In this document: in pieces, positions 30,910 through 40,172 of the stretch
Position numbering within the stretch: position 1 is the stretch's first letter
How the letters are laid out: each line of letters starts with the position of its first letter
Origin: Deltaproteobacteria bacterium
Lineage (GTDB): Bacteria; Desulfobacterota; Dissulfuribacteria; Dissulfuribacterales; UBA3076
Length of the DNA stretch: 52,151 nucleotides
NCBI GenBank assembly: GCA_011042225.1
Contig: DQXT01000052.1
Location: 1-52,151, forward strand
Direction of reading: 5' to 3'
Notes under the pieces: generated by a model
Databases searched by the model: none
Seen by the model: only the letters and a program-made list of their open reading frames with translations
Told to the model about the DNA's origin: nothing
Made by a program: the position numbers and the translations under genes

Positions 30910-31854
30910 TTATTTTGCCGGAGGTGCTGCGTCTTCTTCTGGTTTATCCTCATCAAGGAGATCTTTGTTGATCTTTACCGGATATTTTGCCTTTAGCCTT
31001 TCAATGAGTGCATTTTGTAACTGTTGCTGTTTTTCTGTTTGAAGAGTCTGTCTTATCTGGGCCTGCACCTCCGCCAATGTTTTAATGTTGGCCGCCTTTT
31101 TCTCTTGAACTTCAATAATATGATATCCGAAGTTGGTCTTTACGGGATCACTCAATTCACCCTCTTTTAGAGAAAAGGCTACGGACTCGAATTCAGGCAC
31201 CATGCGCCCTTTGCTAAAAAATCCCAGATCGCCACCCCTGTTTTTGGAACCCGGGTCATCTGAATGCTTCTTTGCAAGCTCGGCAAAGTCTTCGCCATTT
31301 TTTAGTTTTTCTTTAATGTCCTTGGCCCTTGATTCGGCTTCTTCCCATGCCTTCTTATCTGCCCCTTCCGGGACCTTAAGTAAAATATGACGGGCTTTAA
31401 CTGACTCAGGTTCTATAAATTCATCCTTATGATCTTTATAATAAGTCTCAATCTCGTCGTCAGTGGTATCTACTTCGCCCTCTAATTCCCTCTGCAAAAG
31501 TTCCTGAGCTAGAACAGCGTTCATGATATCTTCAATCTTGGACTTAACTGCAGGATCCTGGTCCAGCTTTTGATTCCTGGCTTCCTGGGCTATGAGAGTG
31601 ATATCGACCCATCTGTCCAGAAATTGCTCTTTCAACTCAGGATTTCTGAGCAAGGCCATCTGTAATTGCGGTGGTAAAGACTGGATCTGGGCCTCAAATT
31701 CTTCAAGCGTGAGCTTATAAGATCCTACCTGTGCGAGAATATTTCCCTTTTCATCAGAGGCAAAAACATTGCCGCAATGTCCAAAAATGAAGGAAAACCC
31801 CACCAATGCCAGGAACATTTTAACAATAAAGCTGCGTGCACTAAGTCGTCTCAT
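30910..31854 (-). CDS. peptidylprolyl isomerase, parvulin type with SurA/PrsA-like N-terminal chaperone region
   Basis: 314 aa with a signal peptide. PpiC domain ARHILLKV...GGDLGFFSKGRMVPEFESVAF...TNFGYHIIEV. Confidence 0.85.
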   Translation of the reverse strand: MRRLSARSFIVKMFLALVGFSFIFGHCGNVFASDEKGNILAQVGSYKLTLEEFEAQIQSLPPQLQMALLRNPELKEQFLDRWVDITLIAQEARNQKLDQDPAVKSKIEDIMNAVLAQELLQRELEGEVDTTDDEIETYYKDHKDEFIEPESVKARHILLKVPEGADKKAWEEAESRAKDIKEKLKNGEDFAELAKKHSDDPGSKNRGGDLGFFSKGRMVPEFESVAFSLKEGELSDPVKTNFGYHIIEVQEKKAANIKTLAEVQAQIRQTLQTEKQQQLQNALIERLKAKYPVKINKDLLDEDKPEEDAAPPAK

Positions 31855-31931
31855 TTATTTCTCCTTTATATGTGAATTCTTACATGCAATAAAAACAAGA
31901 AAATCGTTAGCAAGACTCAAAAGACAGCAAT

Positions 31932-32753
31932 CTAACGGATCACAGAACAAGGTGCATAAAGACCGGGCCTCACTGTGGTATTAGGGGCTATTATTGAGTC
32001 CAAGGCAACAAGTGTGCCTGGATTTGTAACCGAATTACATCCGGTTTGTGCATTGTCTCCAAGTAAAGCCCCGAGCTTACGCCTTCCGGTGTCAATCAGG
32101 CTCCCTTCAATTTTAATGGACACGGTTCCGGATATAAAGCGCAAATTAGCAAGTTTCGTGCCTGCCCCAAGATTGACGCCTCTGCCCAGGATACTGTCGC
32201 CTATATAAGCAAAATGTCCAGCCCTTGATCCATTTAAAAACACAGAGTGTTTAACTTCAGTAGTATGTCCGATTACACAATTTTTTCCTATAAGGCAATC
32301 TCCGCGCACATAAGCCCCCTGTCTGATCTCCGTGTAATCTCCAATAATGCTTGGGCCCTTTATCATTGCGCCTGACTCGATAAAAACCCCTTTTCCTATC
32401 TGTATCCGGTCATCTGTAAATACTGCACCGGCGCAGACAAGTGAGGCTTGTGGAACAAATTCTCCATTAATACATATTTCAAATTTCCCTTTGCCCGAGT
32501 CATTACATACTACCTCAAAGCCATCACGCATCCACCCACTTGGCATCATAACGAGATGTTTAGACAGTGGAATCCCGGGCCTTATCGTTTCTTCAAGGTT
32601 TGGTCTGATGATCTTTTGGATATATTCCCTGAGTAAGTCAAGGGGTTTCCACACTTCGGAATTTTCAATAAAGAGATCTTTATAATCTTCTGAAATTCCA
32701 GGAAAGAACCAATCAAGATTGCGAACAGAAGATATATTAATGCGATTTGTCAA
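31932..32753 (-). CDS. left-handed beta-helix (hexapeptide-repeat) transferase-family protein
   Basis: 273 aa. The C-terminal about 170 aa are consecutive hexapeptide repeats (IGKGVFIESGAMIKGPSIIGDYTEIRQGAYVRGDCLIGKNCVIGH...). The N-terminal about 100 aa are not recognised. Confidence 0.6.
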   Translation of the reverse strand: MTNRINISSVRNLDWFFPGISEDYKDLFIENSEVWKPLDLLREYIQKIIRPNLEETIRPGIPLSKHLVMMPSGWMRDGFEVVCNDSGKGKFEICINGEFVPQASLVCAGAVFTDDRIQIGKGVFIESGAMIKGPSIIGDYTEIRQGAYVRGDCLIGKNCVIGHTTEVKHSVFLNGSRAGHFAYIGDSILGRGVNLGAGTKLANLRFISGTVSIKIEGSLIDTGRRKLGALLGDNAQTGCNSVTNPGTLVALDSIIAPNTTVRPGLYAPCSVIR

Positions 32754-32818
32754 TTTCTAAGTCCTATTTAAATTTTAAAGCCAATAAGTTGTGGTTTCAT
32801 GGATTTGCAGGTTTAGAG

Positions 32819-33163
32819 TTACTTAAATAATAAACTATCTTTCAGCAAGCGTTTAGCTATTTCAACATCATATAGATGAAGCGGGGGTCTTCCCCTTCCT
32901 TCTTCTCTATAAAGATCGGCTGCCTGCTTGATTGCAGACCATTCAACCCACCCATGGTCCTCCCACATGCCGGGATCATCGGCATTCCACATCCTGAATT
33001 CTATTTCGTCGGTTCCGCTTCTAACGTACATACGGATCTTTTTATTCTCCAGGATTGGATTGTAGTATAGTCCTAATTCATCCTGCACGGCTTTCTCCTG
33101 AAAATGTTTATTTGTTAACGGAATATAACAAAATATATACGCATAAAAAATGATTTTGCTCAA
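32819..33163 (-). CDS. hypothetical protein
   Basis: The only long ORF in this gap. The C-terminal two thirds look protein-like (YYNPILENKKIRMYVRSGTDEIEFRMWNADDPGMWEDHGWVEWSAIKQAADLYREEG). The start is uncertain (TTG 33163 or ATG 33031) and I do not recognise a family. Confidence 0.35.
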   Translation of the reverse strand: MSKIIFYAYIFCYIPLTNKHFQEKAVQDELGLYYNPILENKKIRMYVRSGTDEIEFRMWNADDPGMWEDHGWVEWSAIKQAADLYREEGRGRPPLHLYDVEIAKRLLKDSLLFK

Positions 33164-33436
33164 AACGCCCTTAGTGCAAACGGGAAATTTCCAAAAAGCA
33201 AGAAGGACATACTAAAAATAGGCCGCCATGAGTGGAAAATCAAGACAACGCCGCAAACCGGGTGTTTTAAGCAGAGTCATGTGTTAAGCTAAACTTTTGT
33301 ATCACGGTGGTCAATACTTGATATTAGTGAAGCAAAAAAATTTGTTGGTATTCAACGAGACATCATGTTTTGCTGAAGGTTCTTAATATTACAAAGGCGA
33401 TATATAAAAATTTTGGGGATTGAGGGAATATTTAAA

Positions 33437-34750
33437 ATGGCCAATTCGTTTTTTCCATCTATACAGGGTATTTTTCTCGCTGATTTTCACATTCATTCCC
33501 ACTTCAGCAGGGCCACAAGTCCTGACATGCATCCAGCTATTATAAATCGTTTTGCTAAACAGAAAGGATTATCCGTTGTCGGTACCGGTGATTTTACTCA
33601 TCCAGGCTATCTTGAGGAATTAAGAAAGGAACTGGAACCTGATGAGGATACAGGACTTTATGTCTGCAAAGACGACCCTGAGGGAACAAAATTCATCCTC
33701 ACCTCTGAGGTGTCAAATATCTTTACCCAAGGTGGAAAAAGTCGAAGGATACATACGGTTTTCTTTAGTCCTGATTTCCAGGTAGTAGAAGAGATCCAAA
33801 ACCGTGTTGGCTCAATAGGCAACATCTCTTCGGATGGCCGCCCGATCCTCGGCTTTCCGGTAAAGGATCTCGTTAGAATAATAATGGAAGTATCGTCTGA
33901 TTGCTTTGTGCTGCCCGCCCATATCTGGACTCCATGGTTTTCTCTGTTTGGTGCAAAATCCGGCTTTGACACACTGGAAGAGTGTTTTGAGGAACAAAGC
34001 AATCACATTTACGCATTGGAGACCGGACTCTCTTCAGATCCTCAAATGAACTGGCGGCTATCCGCCCTGGATCAATACACTCTGCTTTCAAACTCTGATG
34101 CCCATTCCCCCTCCAAGTTGGCGAGAGAAGCGAATGTCTTTTCCTGCAAGCTCACCTATGAAGCTATTACTGGCGCCATCAAGGACCCGGATAGCGGTTT
34201 CGAGGGGACCATCGAGTTTTTTCCGGAAGAAGGGAAATATCACTATGATGGTCACAGGGCCTGCAACATCTGCATGAAACCACAGGAGACTATTGATCAC
34301 AGAGGTAAGTGTCCAGTATGCGGTCAGGATCTCACAGTAGGTGTTTTGCATCGAATAGAGGAGCTTTCTGACAGAAATGAGGGCTTTATTCCTAAAACAG
34401 CAAAGCCCTGTGTGCATCTTGTACCCCTTGAGGAAATTATCGCTGAGGCATTTGGTGTGCGGACCATTACGAGTAGAGTAAAAAAAGAATACCAGAGACT
34501 GATCCAGCACGGAGAATCTGAAATGAATATACTCCTCTGGAAGAGTGAGAAGGAGCTTCAGTATTTTGTGCCGGACAGGATAAGGGAGGGAATACTGCGT
34601 ATGAGAAAGGGTGATTTAAAGATAAATCCCGGTTACGACGGGCTCTACGGAAAGATCAATATCTTTTCCAAAAAGGAGAGGGAAGAGCTGCAGGCTTCAA
34701 GGGCAAAGGCCTGCTCAAGAGAAAAGGCGCTGCAAATGGATTTGTTTTAA
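33437..34750 (+). CDS. EndoQ-like PHP-domain endonuclease (TIGR00375-type)
   Basis: N-terminal PHP metal motif ADFHIHSHFSRATS, then GTGDFTHP and further His/Asp blocks (PAHIWTPWFS, SNSDAHSP). A C-terminal zinc finger CNIC...CPVCGQDLTVGVLHRIEEL is present, and the length of about 437 aa fits. ATG 33437 is the likely start. Confidence 0.7.
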   Translation: MANSFFPSIQGIFLADFHIHSHFSRATSPDMHPAIINRFAKQKGLSVVGTGDFTHPGYLEELRKELEPDEDTGLYVCKDDPEGTKFILTSEVSNIFTQGGKSRRIHTVFFSPDFQVVEEIQNRVGSIGNISSDGRPILGFPVKDLVRIIMEVSSDCFVLPAHIWTPWFSLFGAKSGFDTLEECFEEQSNHIYALETGLSSDPQMNWRLSALDQYTLLSNSDAHSPSKLAREANVFSCKLTYEAITGAIKDPDSGFEGTIEFFPEEGKYHYDGHRACNICMKPQETIDHRGKCPVCGQDLTVGVLHRIEELSDRNEGFIPKTAKPCVHLVPLEEIIAEAFGVRTITSRVKKEYQRLIQHGESEMNILLWKSEKELQYFVPDRIREGILRMRKGDLKINPGYDGLYGKINIFSKKEREELQASRAKACSREKALQMDLF

Positions 34751-35014
34751 TGTAAAAATTTTTAAATCAGCTTTTCCTTATTTTCTCTCAAGATAAACCC
34801 TGTTTTGTCCGTAAAGGAAATAGCTTTACTTGTGCTGAAAATAAACTTATCTAAGGTATTGCTCCATTTTCTCATTAGTAGAAAAACCAAATTACTCCTA
34901 ATTCCATGCAAATTCGCTTATTTTTTAAGTTCTATTAAAAAACCGTTTTGCGATCTAATTATTTTTGACTTTTCACCGCTGTACCTGAGGGGTTATTAAA
35001 TTGCTGATTCCGGC

Positions 35015-36794
35015 ATGGAGGACATAAATGGGTACAAACAATGTCATTTTTTTAGAAGTACTGGATCTGAAAGATTGACAAAAGACCTGGCCCTCTTCGG
35101 TCTTGCTCTCAGAGATCTATATCCAAACGCAGTCACCCCTCCAGCGGAAGTTCAGCAGGCCATAGACGATCGGAGCAGACTCGGAATATTGGGAAAAGCT
35201 TAAAGACCTCATGAAGATGAAGGCCGCCATGGCTCTGGAAAAGGCCGCTGAGGGTGAAAGCTCTGCCCAAGGGGGGATAGGCATGGGATTTGGTTTAATG
35301 ATTCCAGGCCTTCTTGCGGGCCTTCAGACAGGATCTGAAACTATCCAGATACAGAATGCCAATAAAAATTTCTGCCCCATTGCGGGCACCAGATCCTCGT
35401 CCTTCGGCAGTGTGGTGTCTGCGGAAAAAACCTGAGCCCCAAGGCCAAATTCTGCCCTGCATGCGGGGCCCCGGCGGGTCAAACCCAAGCCCCCAAAATC
35501 TGTAGAGAATGTGAATATAAAAATCGTCCTGAGGCAGTATATTGTAATCAGTGTGGCGGGCCAGTAAATTTTGAAGCAGGAGATCCTCTACTATCGTGCT
35601 CCTTTTGCAAAACCAGCCTTTATATGGTCCCCAAAGGACCGCTCAGGTACACGTTGCCCGTCAAAGACGGATTGGCAAAACAGCGTAAAGCAAAATTGCT
35701 ATATCTTCCATACTGGAGATTTAAAGGACTAAGCTATAAGGTCCTTGATCAAAGACAGTTTAAAAGCTCCCTGCTGGATACTACAGTATCAGCCTTTACA
35801 GGCATCGATACTGTTTCAAGCCTTGGAATCCGCCCACAAGTTGCGACACTGAACCTGGCAGTAAATGGAAACCACCTTATTCCAGCACAGAGAAATGCGA
35901 AAGAGGCATTAAGATATTGCAGAAAAGAGATTGCTGCAATTCGAGAAAAATACGGTCCTTTTTGAAAGATTTATTGGTGAGACCCAATGCCTGATCTACG
36001 CCCCTTTTATCCTGACTGAATTTCCAAAAAGAGGAACATATGTATTAAAGGGCATATGGGGAAGATGCCCTGGTCAAGAGATTGACAAATCAAAAATCAC
36101 GGCCCTGTTAAAATCATTGGATGGGTCATCTCAACATAACTATTTACACTTTTTGCCCCTAATATGTCCTGAGTGTGGGTACAACCTGCCTGCCGTATCC
36201 GGAGCGGTGGCCCTCCTGTGCCAGAACTGTTCCAGGGCCTGGTGGGTGAAACGAAATCAATTTTCTCCTCTTGCATATAAGGCCTTTAAAATACCATCAT
36301 CCAGCAAAGACTCCAGATTCTTGCCCTTTTGGCATCTGACCCTTGAGCTTTCCGGGCTGCCGATAAAGAGTAGATATGACATGCGGCTTTTGGCAATGTC
36401 ATACCGGAAGCTACCTGAAGCCTGGAGCCGGGAAGCTGTGCAGCTCCTGATCCCCGCATTCAAGCTCGGACCAAAGCTCTTTCTCAGGGTAGCCAGAAAT
36501 ATGAGTCTGGCACCCATTGATATGTCACGAAAAGACCAGGGCCTGAAAACAGGACAGAGGACTGAGCCGGTCAGGTTTCCACTTGAAGAAGCAGCCCGGG
36601 CTGCAAAGGTTGTCCTGTCAGATCTGCTGAAAAAACACAGTAAACTATATTCCCTTATTCCAAAAACCCGCCTTACTCTAAAACATACTGGTCTAATCTA
36701 TCTTCCCTTCAAATTTCAAGGCCGTGAATTTGTTGGCCTGCATTCCGGTCAGGCTATACCTGCAGATTCCATAGAACGTGGAAGAGTCATTTAG
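35015..36794 (+). pseudogene. 5'-truncated and triply frameshifted locus: SPFH (COG4260/YdjI-like) C-terminal tail, zinc ribbons and a YdjG-like double zinc-ribbon protein
   Basis: Four ORF pieces alternate between two frames: 35015-35203, 35211-35435, 35624-35965 and 35931-36794. Removing one A from 35194-35197, adding one C to 35375-35378 and removing one T from 35959-35963 gives one open frame of 593 codons. It reads ...PPAEVQQAIDDRSRLGILGKLKDLMKMKAAMALEKAAEG...GGIGMGFGLM...KFCPHCGHQI...CGVCG...FCPACG...CRECE...CNQCG...CSFCKTSLY...LLYLPYWRF...LICPECGYNLP...LLCQNCS...FLPFWHL... Confidence 0.6.
35931..36794 (+). CDS. largest intact segment of the locus above: zinc-ribbon (CPECG...CQNC) hypothetical protein
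   Basis: 287-codon ORF from TTG 35931, with no obvious RBS. It contains a CxxC...CxxC ribbon and repeated h-h-P-F/Y-W/K motifs (FLPFWHL, LLIPAFKL, LIYLPFKF). It may be annotated as a stand-alone hypothetical protein. Confidence 0.45.
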   Translation: MLQFEKNTVLFERFIGETQCLIYAPFILTEFPKRGTYVLKGIWGRCPGQEIDKSKITALLKSLDGSSQHNYLHFLPLICPECGYNLPAVSGAVALLCQNCSRAWWVKRNQFSPLAYKAFKIPSSSKDSRFLPFWHLTLELSGLPIKSRYDMRLLAMSYRKLPEAWSREAVQLLIPAFKLGPKLFLRVARNMSLAPIDMSRKDQGLKTGQRTEPVRFPLEEAARAAKVVLSDLLKKHSKLYSLIPKTRLTLKHTGLIYLPFKFQGREFVGLHSGQAIPADSIERGRVI

Positions 36795-37082
36795 TATAAC
36801 CTCCTTTTAAAAAGCTGCCGGACTATGGAATAATAAATAAACACGAAATCGTGAAAGATGAGAAATGCCCGTTTCTTGCAATTTGCCCGCAGAAACTAAT
36901 TAGAGTAATGGTAATACAGTCATATTTTGAGTATACAATATCTTAAATTTGAATGAGTTCGAGCTATGTCTAGAAAATTATAGGCCGCACGATGTCATCT
37001 GAATTAATGGAGGCGAGTATCACGGCGCACAAGTCAATAAAGAAACAGCCTGACAGGGGCAATATGTTAGAGGAATATTACG

Positions 37083-38027
37083 ATGAAAAAAAATAACCGG
37101 AAGAAGAAACTAAGTATCATAGGTGCAGGGGCAGTGGGGACAGCCGCTGCTCAGTGGGCTGTGTCCAGATCTATTGCAGACAGCATAGTGCTATTAGACG
37201 TAGTAGCAGGTCTCCCCCATGGTAAGTCTCTGGATCTCATGCAGACATCTCCATTATATGGATATGCCGGAAATATTGTCGGTACTGATGATTATGCTGA
37301 TACCGCCCAGTCAGACGTAATCATTATAACCGCCGGGCTCGCGCGGAAGCCCGGGATGAGCAGGGATGACCTTTTAGAGAAAAACGTCCTTATCATTCGA
37401 ATGATTACTGAGGAAATCGTCAAATATTCTCCCGATGCGTGCCTGGTGGTTGTCACAAATCCTATTGATGCCATGGTTTATACGGTTTTTAAGGTATCTG
37501 GATTTCCAAAACGCCGGGTTGTTGGTATGGCAGGTGTACTGGATTCTGCAAGGTACCGCACATTTATCGCCCAGGCTTTGGCCGTAGCTCCTACAGATGT
37601 GACTGCCCTTGTAATGGGCGTACACGGGGACCATATGCTCCCATTGGTCAGGCTTGCAAGTGTTGGAGGTGTACCTATAAAAGAGCTTTTGTCCAGTGAT
37701 GAAATTGAGAATATAGTAACTCGCACTCGACATGGAGGGGCGGAGATAGTGCAGCACCTCAAGACGGGAAGTGCATTCTCCGCTCCTGGTCTTGCTGCAG
37801 TAGAAATGGCCCAATCCATCCTGAAAGACGAAAAAAGAGTGGTACCCTGTGCAGCCTATCTGGAGGGAGAATTCGGTATCAGCGGCGTATTTCTTGGTGT
37901 GCCGGTGGTGCTTGGAGCAAACGGTGTAGAACGTATCCTGGAATTTTCCCTTACGCAGGATGAGCGTAAAGCATTAGAAAAATCTGTGAAAGAGGTAGAG
38001 AAACAGGTTGCAGCTACAGGCTTATGA
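37083..38027 (+). CDS. mdh: malate dehydrogenase (LDH-like, NAD-dependent)
   Basis: 314 aa. Carries IIGAGAVGTAAA, ITAGLARKPGMSRDDLL (the Arg typical of MDH substrate specificity), VVTNPIDAM and GVHGDHMLP. Confidence 0.9.
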   Translation: MKKNNRKKKLSIIGAGAVGTAAAQWAVSRSIADSIVLLDVVAGLPHGKSLDLMQTSPLYGYAGNIVGTDDYADTAQSDVIIITAGLARKPGMSRDDLLEKNVLIIRMITEEIVKYSPDACLVVVTNPIDAMVYTVFKVSGFPKRRVVGMAGVLDSARYRTFIAQALAVAPTDVTALVMGVHGDHMLPLVRLASVGGVPIKELLSSDEIENIVTRTRHGGAEIVQHLKTGSAFSAPGLAAVEMAQSILKDEKRVVPCAAYLEGEFGISGVFLGVPVVLGANGVERILEFSLTQDERKALEKSVKEVEKQVAATGL

Positions 38028-38030
38028 ATC

Positions 38031-39287
38031 ATGATAATCCACCGGAATATTGTATTATGGATCTTTCTGCTCGGGCTGATTGGTGCCCTAAGTGGCCTGG
38101 TTGTATTGTATAGACTCTTCTGGCCGTCCCCTGCCACTACTTTGCATGTGCCTTTATTAGAACAGGTCCCGATTGAACAACTTCCAGACTTTGAGGATAT
38201 AGAGGACAAAGAGGGACTGCAAAAGTCTATTTCAGCCAGTCTGGAATACCTTGAACGGCATAATGATGACAAGCAAACTGCCTGGGGCAATGAATCAATA
38301 AACATAGGCACATTAAAAAAGACATTAAAATCGTTTTCCGAACTACTTGACCAAAATTTACCCCAGCAGGATCTTCAGTCGGAAATCCGCCGCCGGTTTA
38401 TAGTTTACAGGACAACAGGGGATGAAAATCGGGAAAGGCCTGCGGGGCCGGTTCTCGTGACAGGATATTTCCAGCCCGAGATGCCTGCGTCTCTCGAGTC
38501 AGACGAAGAATTCTCCTATCCGCTTTATGAAACTCCCAAAGACCTCATTCGAATAACTCTAAATGATTTTGATTCCTCACTTCCGCGCAAGACCCTCTGG
38601 GGAAGGATATCAGGGCAAAGCCTGATCCCTTATTATACACGCGCTGACATTGATAATGGCAGAAAGCTCGAATGTGCCCGTGCCCTTGCATGGCTGCATT
38701 CACCAGTGGATGGGCTTTTGCTCCATATACAAGGTTCAGGGGCACTCCGGTTTCAAGACGAAAGTAAGAGATATATCCATTACGCCTCCAGCAATGGTCA
38801 TCCCTACTATAGTATTGGCCAATGGCTTATAGAAAAGGGACTGTTGCGTAAGGATCAGGCCGACTGGCCCGGTATCCGCGCTTGGGCACAAAAAAATCCG
38901 GAGGAATTCAGAAAGGCCTTTGATGCCAATCCCAGATATATCTTTTTCAGATGGGAAAGAGAAGGGCCAATAGGAACCCTGGGAAAAGTGCTGACACCCA
39001 TGAGATCAGTAGCCCTTGACAATAAGTTTTATCCGCTTGGTGCCCTGTGCTTTTTAAAAATGCAGATACCTGTGAACATGTCGATCCGCGGAGATACAGG
39101 CACTTTTCAGGGCTTCGTTTGCAATCAGGACAGCGGCGCTGCCATCAAAGGACCACACAGACTAGACCTCTATTGCGGGACAGGCGATATAGCCGGCAAT
39201 CTTGCAGGAAGCCTAAAGACATCAGGATCTCTCTATCTGTTGTTGCTCAAAGATGCTGTTCAGGGAACACGGCTCGGTCAACCCTGA
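38031..39287 (+). CDS. mltA: membrane-bound lytic murein transglycosylase A
   Basis: 418 aa. MltA domain (LLHIQGSGALRFQDESKRYIHYASSNGHPYYSIGQWL) and a 3D domain (VALDNKFYPLGA...CNQDSGAAIKGPHRLDLYCGTG). Confidence 0.85.
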   Translation: MIIHRNIVLWIFLLGLIGALSGLVVLYRLFWPSPATTLHVPLLEQVPIEQLPDFEDIEDKEGLQKSISASLEYLERHNDDKQTAWGNESINIGTLKKTLKSFSELLDQNLPQQDLQSEIRRRFIVYRTTGDENRERPAGPVLVTGYFQPEMPASLESDEEFSYPLYETPKDLIRITLNDFDSSLPRKTLWGRISGQSLIPYYTRADIDNGRKLECARALAWLHSPVDGLLLHIQGSGALRFQDESKRYIHYASSNGHPYYSIGQWLIEKGLLRKDQADWPGIRAWAQKNPEEFRKAFDANPRYIFFRWEREGPIGTLGKVLTPMRSVALDNKFYPLGALCFLKMQIPVNMSIRGDTGTFQGFVCNQDSGAAIKGPHRLDLYCGTGDIAGNLAGSLKTSGSLYLLLLKDAVQGTRLGQP

Positions 39288-39515
39288 AAGCATCTTGCTT
39301 TTCCATAACCGACTCATTAAGCTTATAAAATCATAATAAGCTCATGGCAGCTTTCAAAATTCCATCTCTGGTCTGATGGTTTGCGTTGCCCGTTAGCCAA
39401 AATACTCATATACTCTATCTTAAAAGCAGGTATTCAACAGCCCATGAATATGAGCTATGAGCCGACTTTCATTTGCATTGTTACTAGGGCCTTAACATGA
39501 ATTTTTAAGTATATT

Positions 39516-40172
39516 TTGAGTATAGCTCAACCTAATTACAATTGTAAAAAATTGCCAAACTACCGAGTGACCTCGTCAAAATCTACCCTCATTATCGCGT
39601 TTCTTATCTTGTTTGTTTTGATCCTGACACCCTGTTCTTTATTCCCAATAACTGGAACTACTCTATCATTAGCAGAGGACCGGCCTGAACCAAAAATCTC
39701 TGAACTCACTGTATCAAGTTCCAGAGGTAAGCTCATGGCTTACTTTTCCCTCAAGAACGGATGTCCTAAATATGTACAAATTGCTTTAGAAAGCGGTATT
39801 ATAATACGTTATATCTATGAAATAGAGCTGCAAACACCCCGTTTTCTGATAGAAAAAAGGCTCTCCCGAATTTTCATATTAAGGACCCTTACCCATGACA
39901 ATCTCAAAGGGGAATACAGAGTTTCATTTGGTCCTGATTTCCCCAAAGTAGTCAGTGTAAGAACCTTGGAAGAAGCAAAAAAACTTGCTTTTGAAATTAA
40001 CGACATCTCGGTAATTTCTTTGTCCGAATTACCTCGGGGAAAGACATATACATTAAGCGTACGGGCAAGGATGGAAGAGGCGGGATCTTCCTTGCCCTTT
40101 AAAGGCCTTTTGGACTTTTTTTCAAAGTGGGGTTTTCAGACTAAATGGTATGAAGTCCGATTTAACTACTAG
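39516..40172 (+). CDS. DUF4390-like periplasmic protein preceding NtrY
   Basis: 218 aa with a signal-anchor and a beta-rich body. Its position immediately upstream of, and overlapping, an NtrY-type kinase is typical for DUF4390. TTG start. The family call is from memory. Confidence 0.6.
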   Translation: MSIAQPNYNCKKLPNYRVTSSKSTLIIAFLILFVLILTPCSLFPITGTTLSLAEDRPEPKISELTVSSSRGKLMAYFSLKNGCPKYVQIALESGIIIRYIYEIELQTPRFLIEKRLSRIFILRTLTHDNLKGEYRVSFGPDFPKVVSVRTLEEAKKLAFEINDISVISLSELPRGKTYTLSVRARMEEAGSSLPFKGLLDFFSKWGFQTKWYEVRFNY

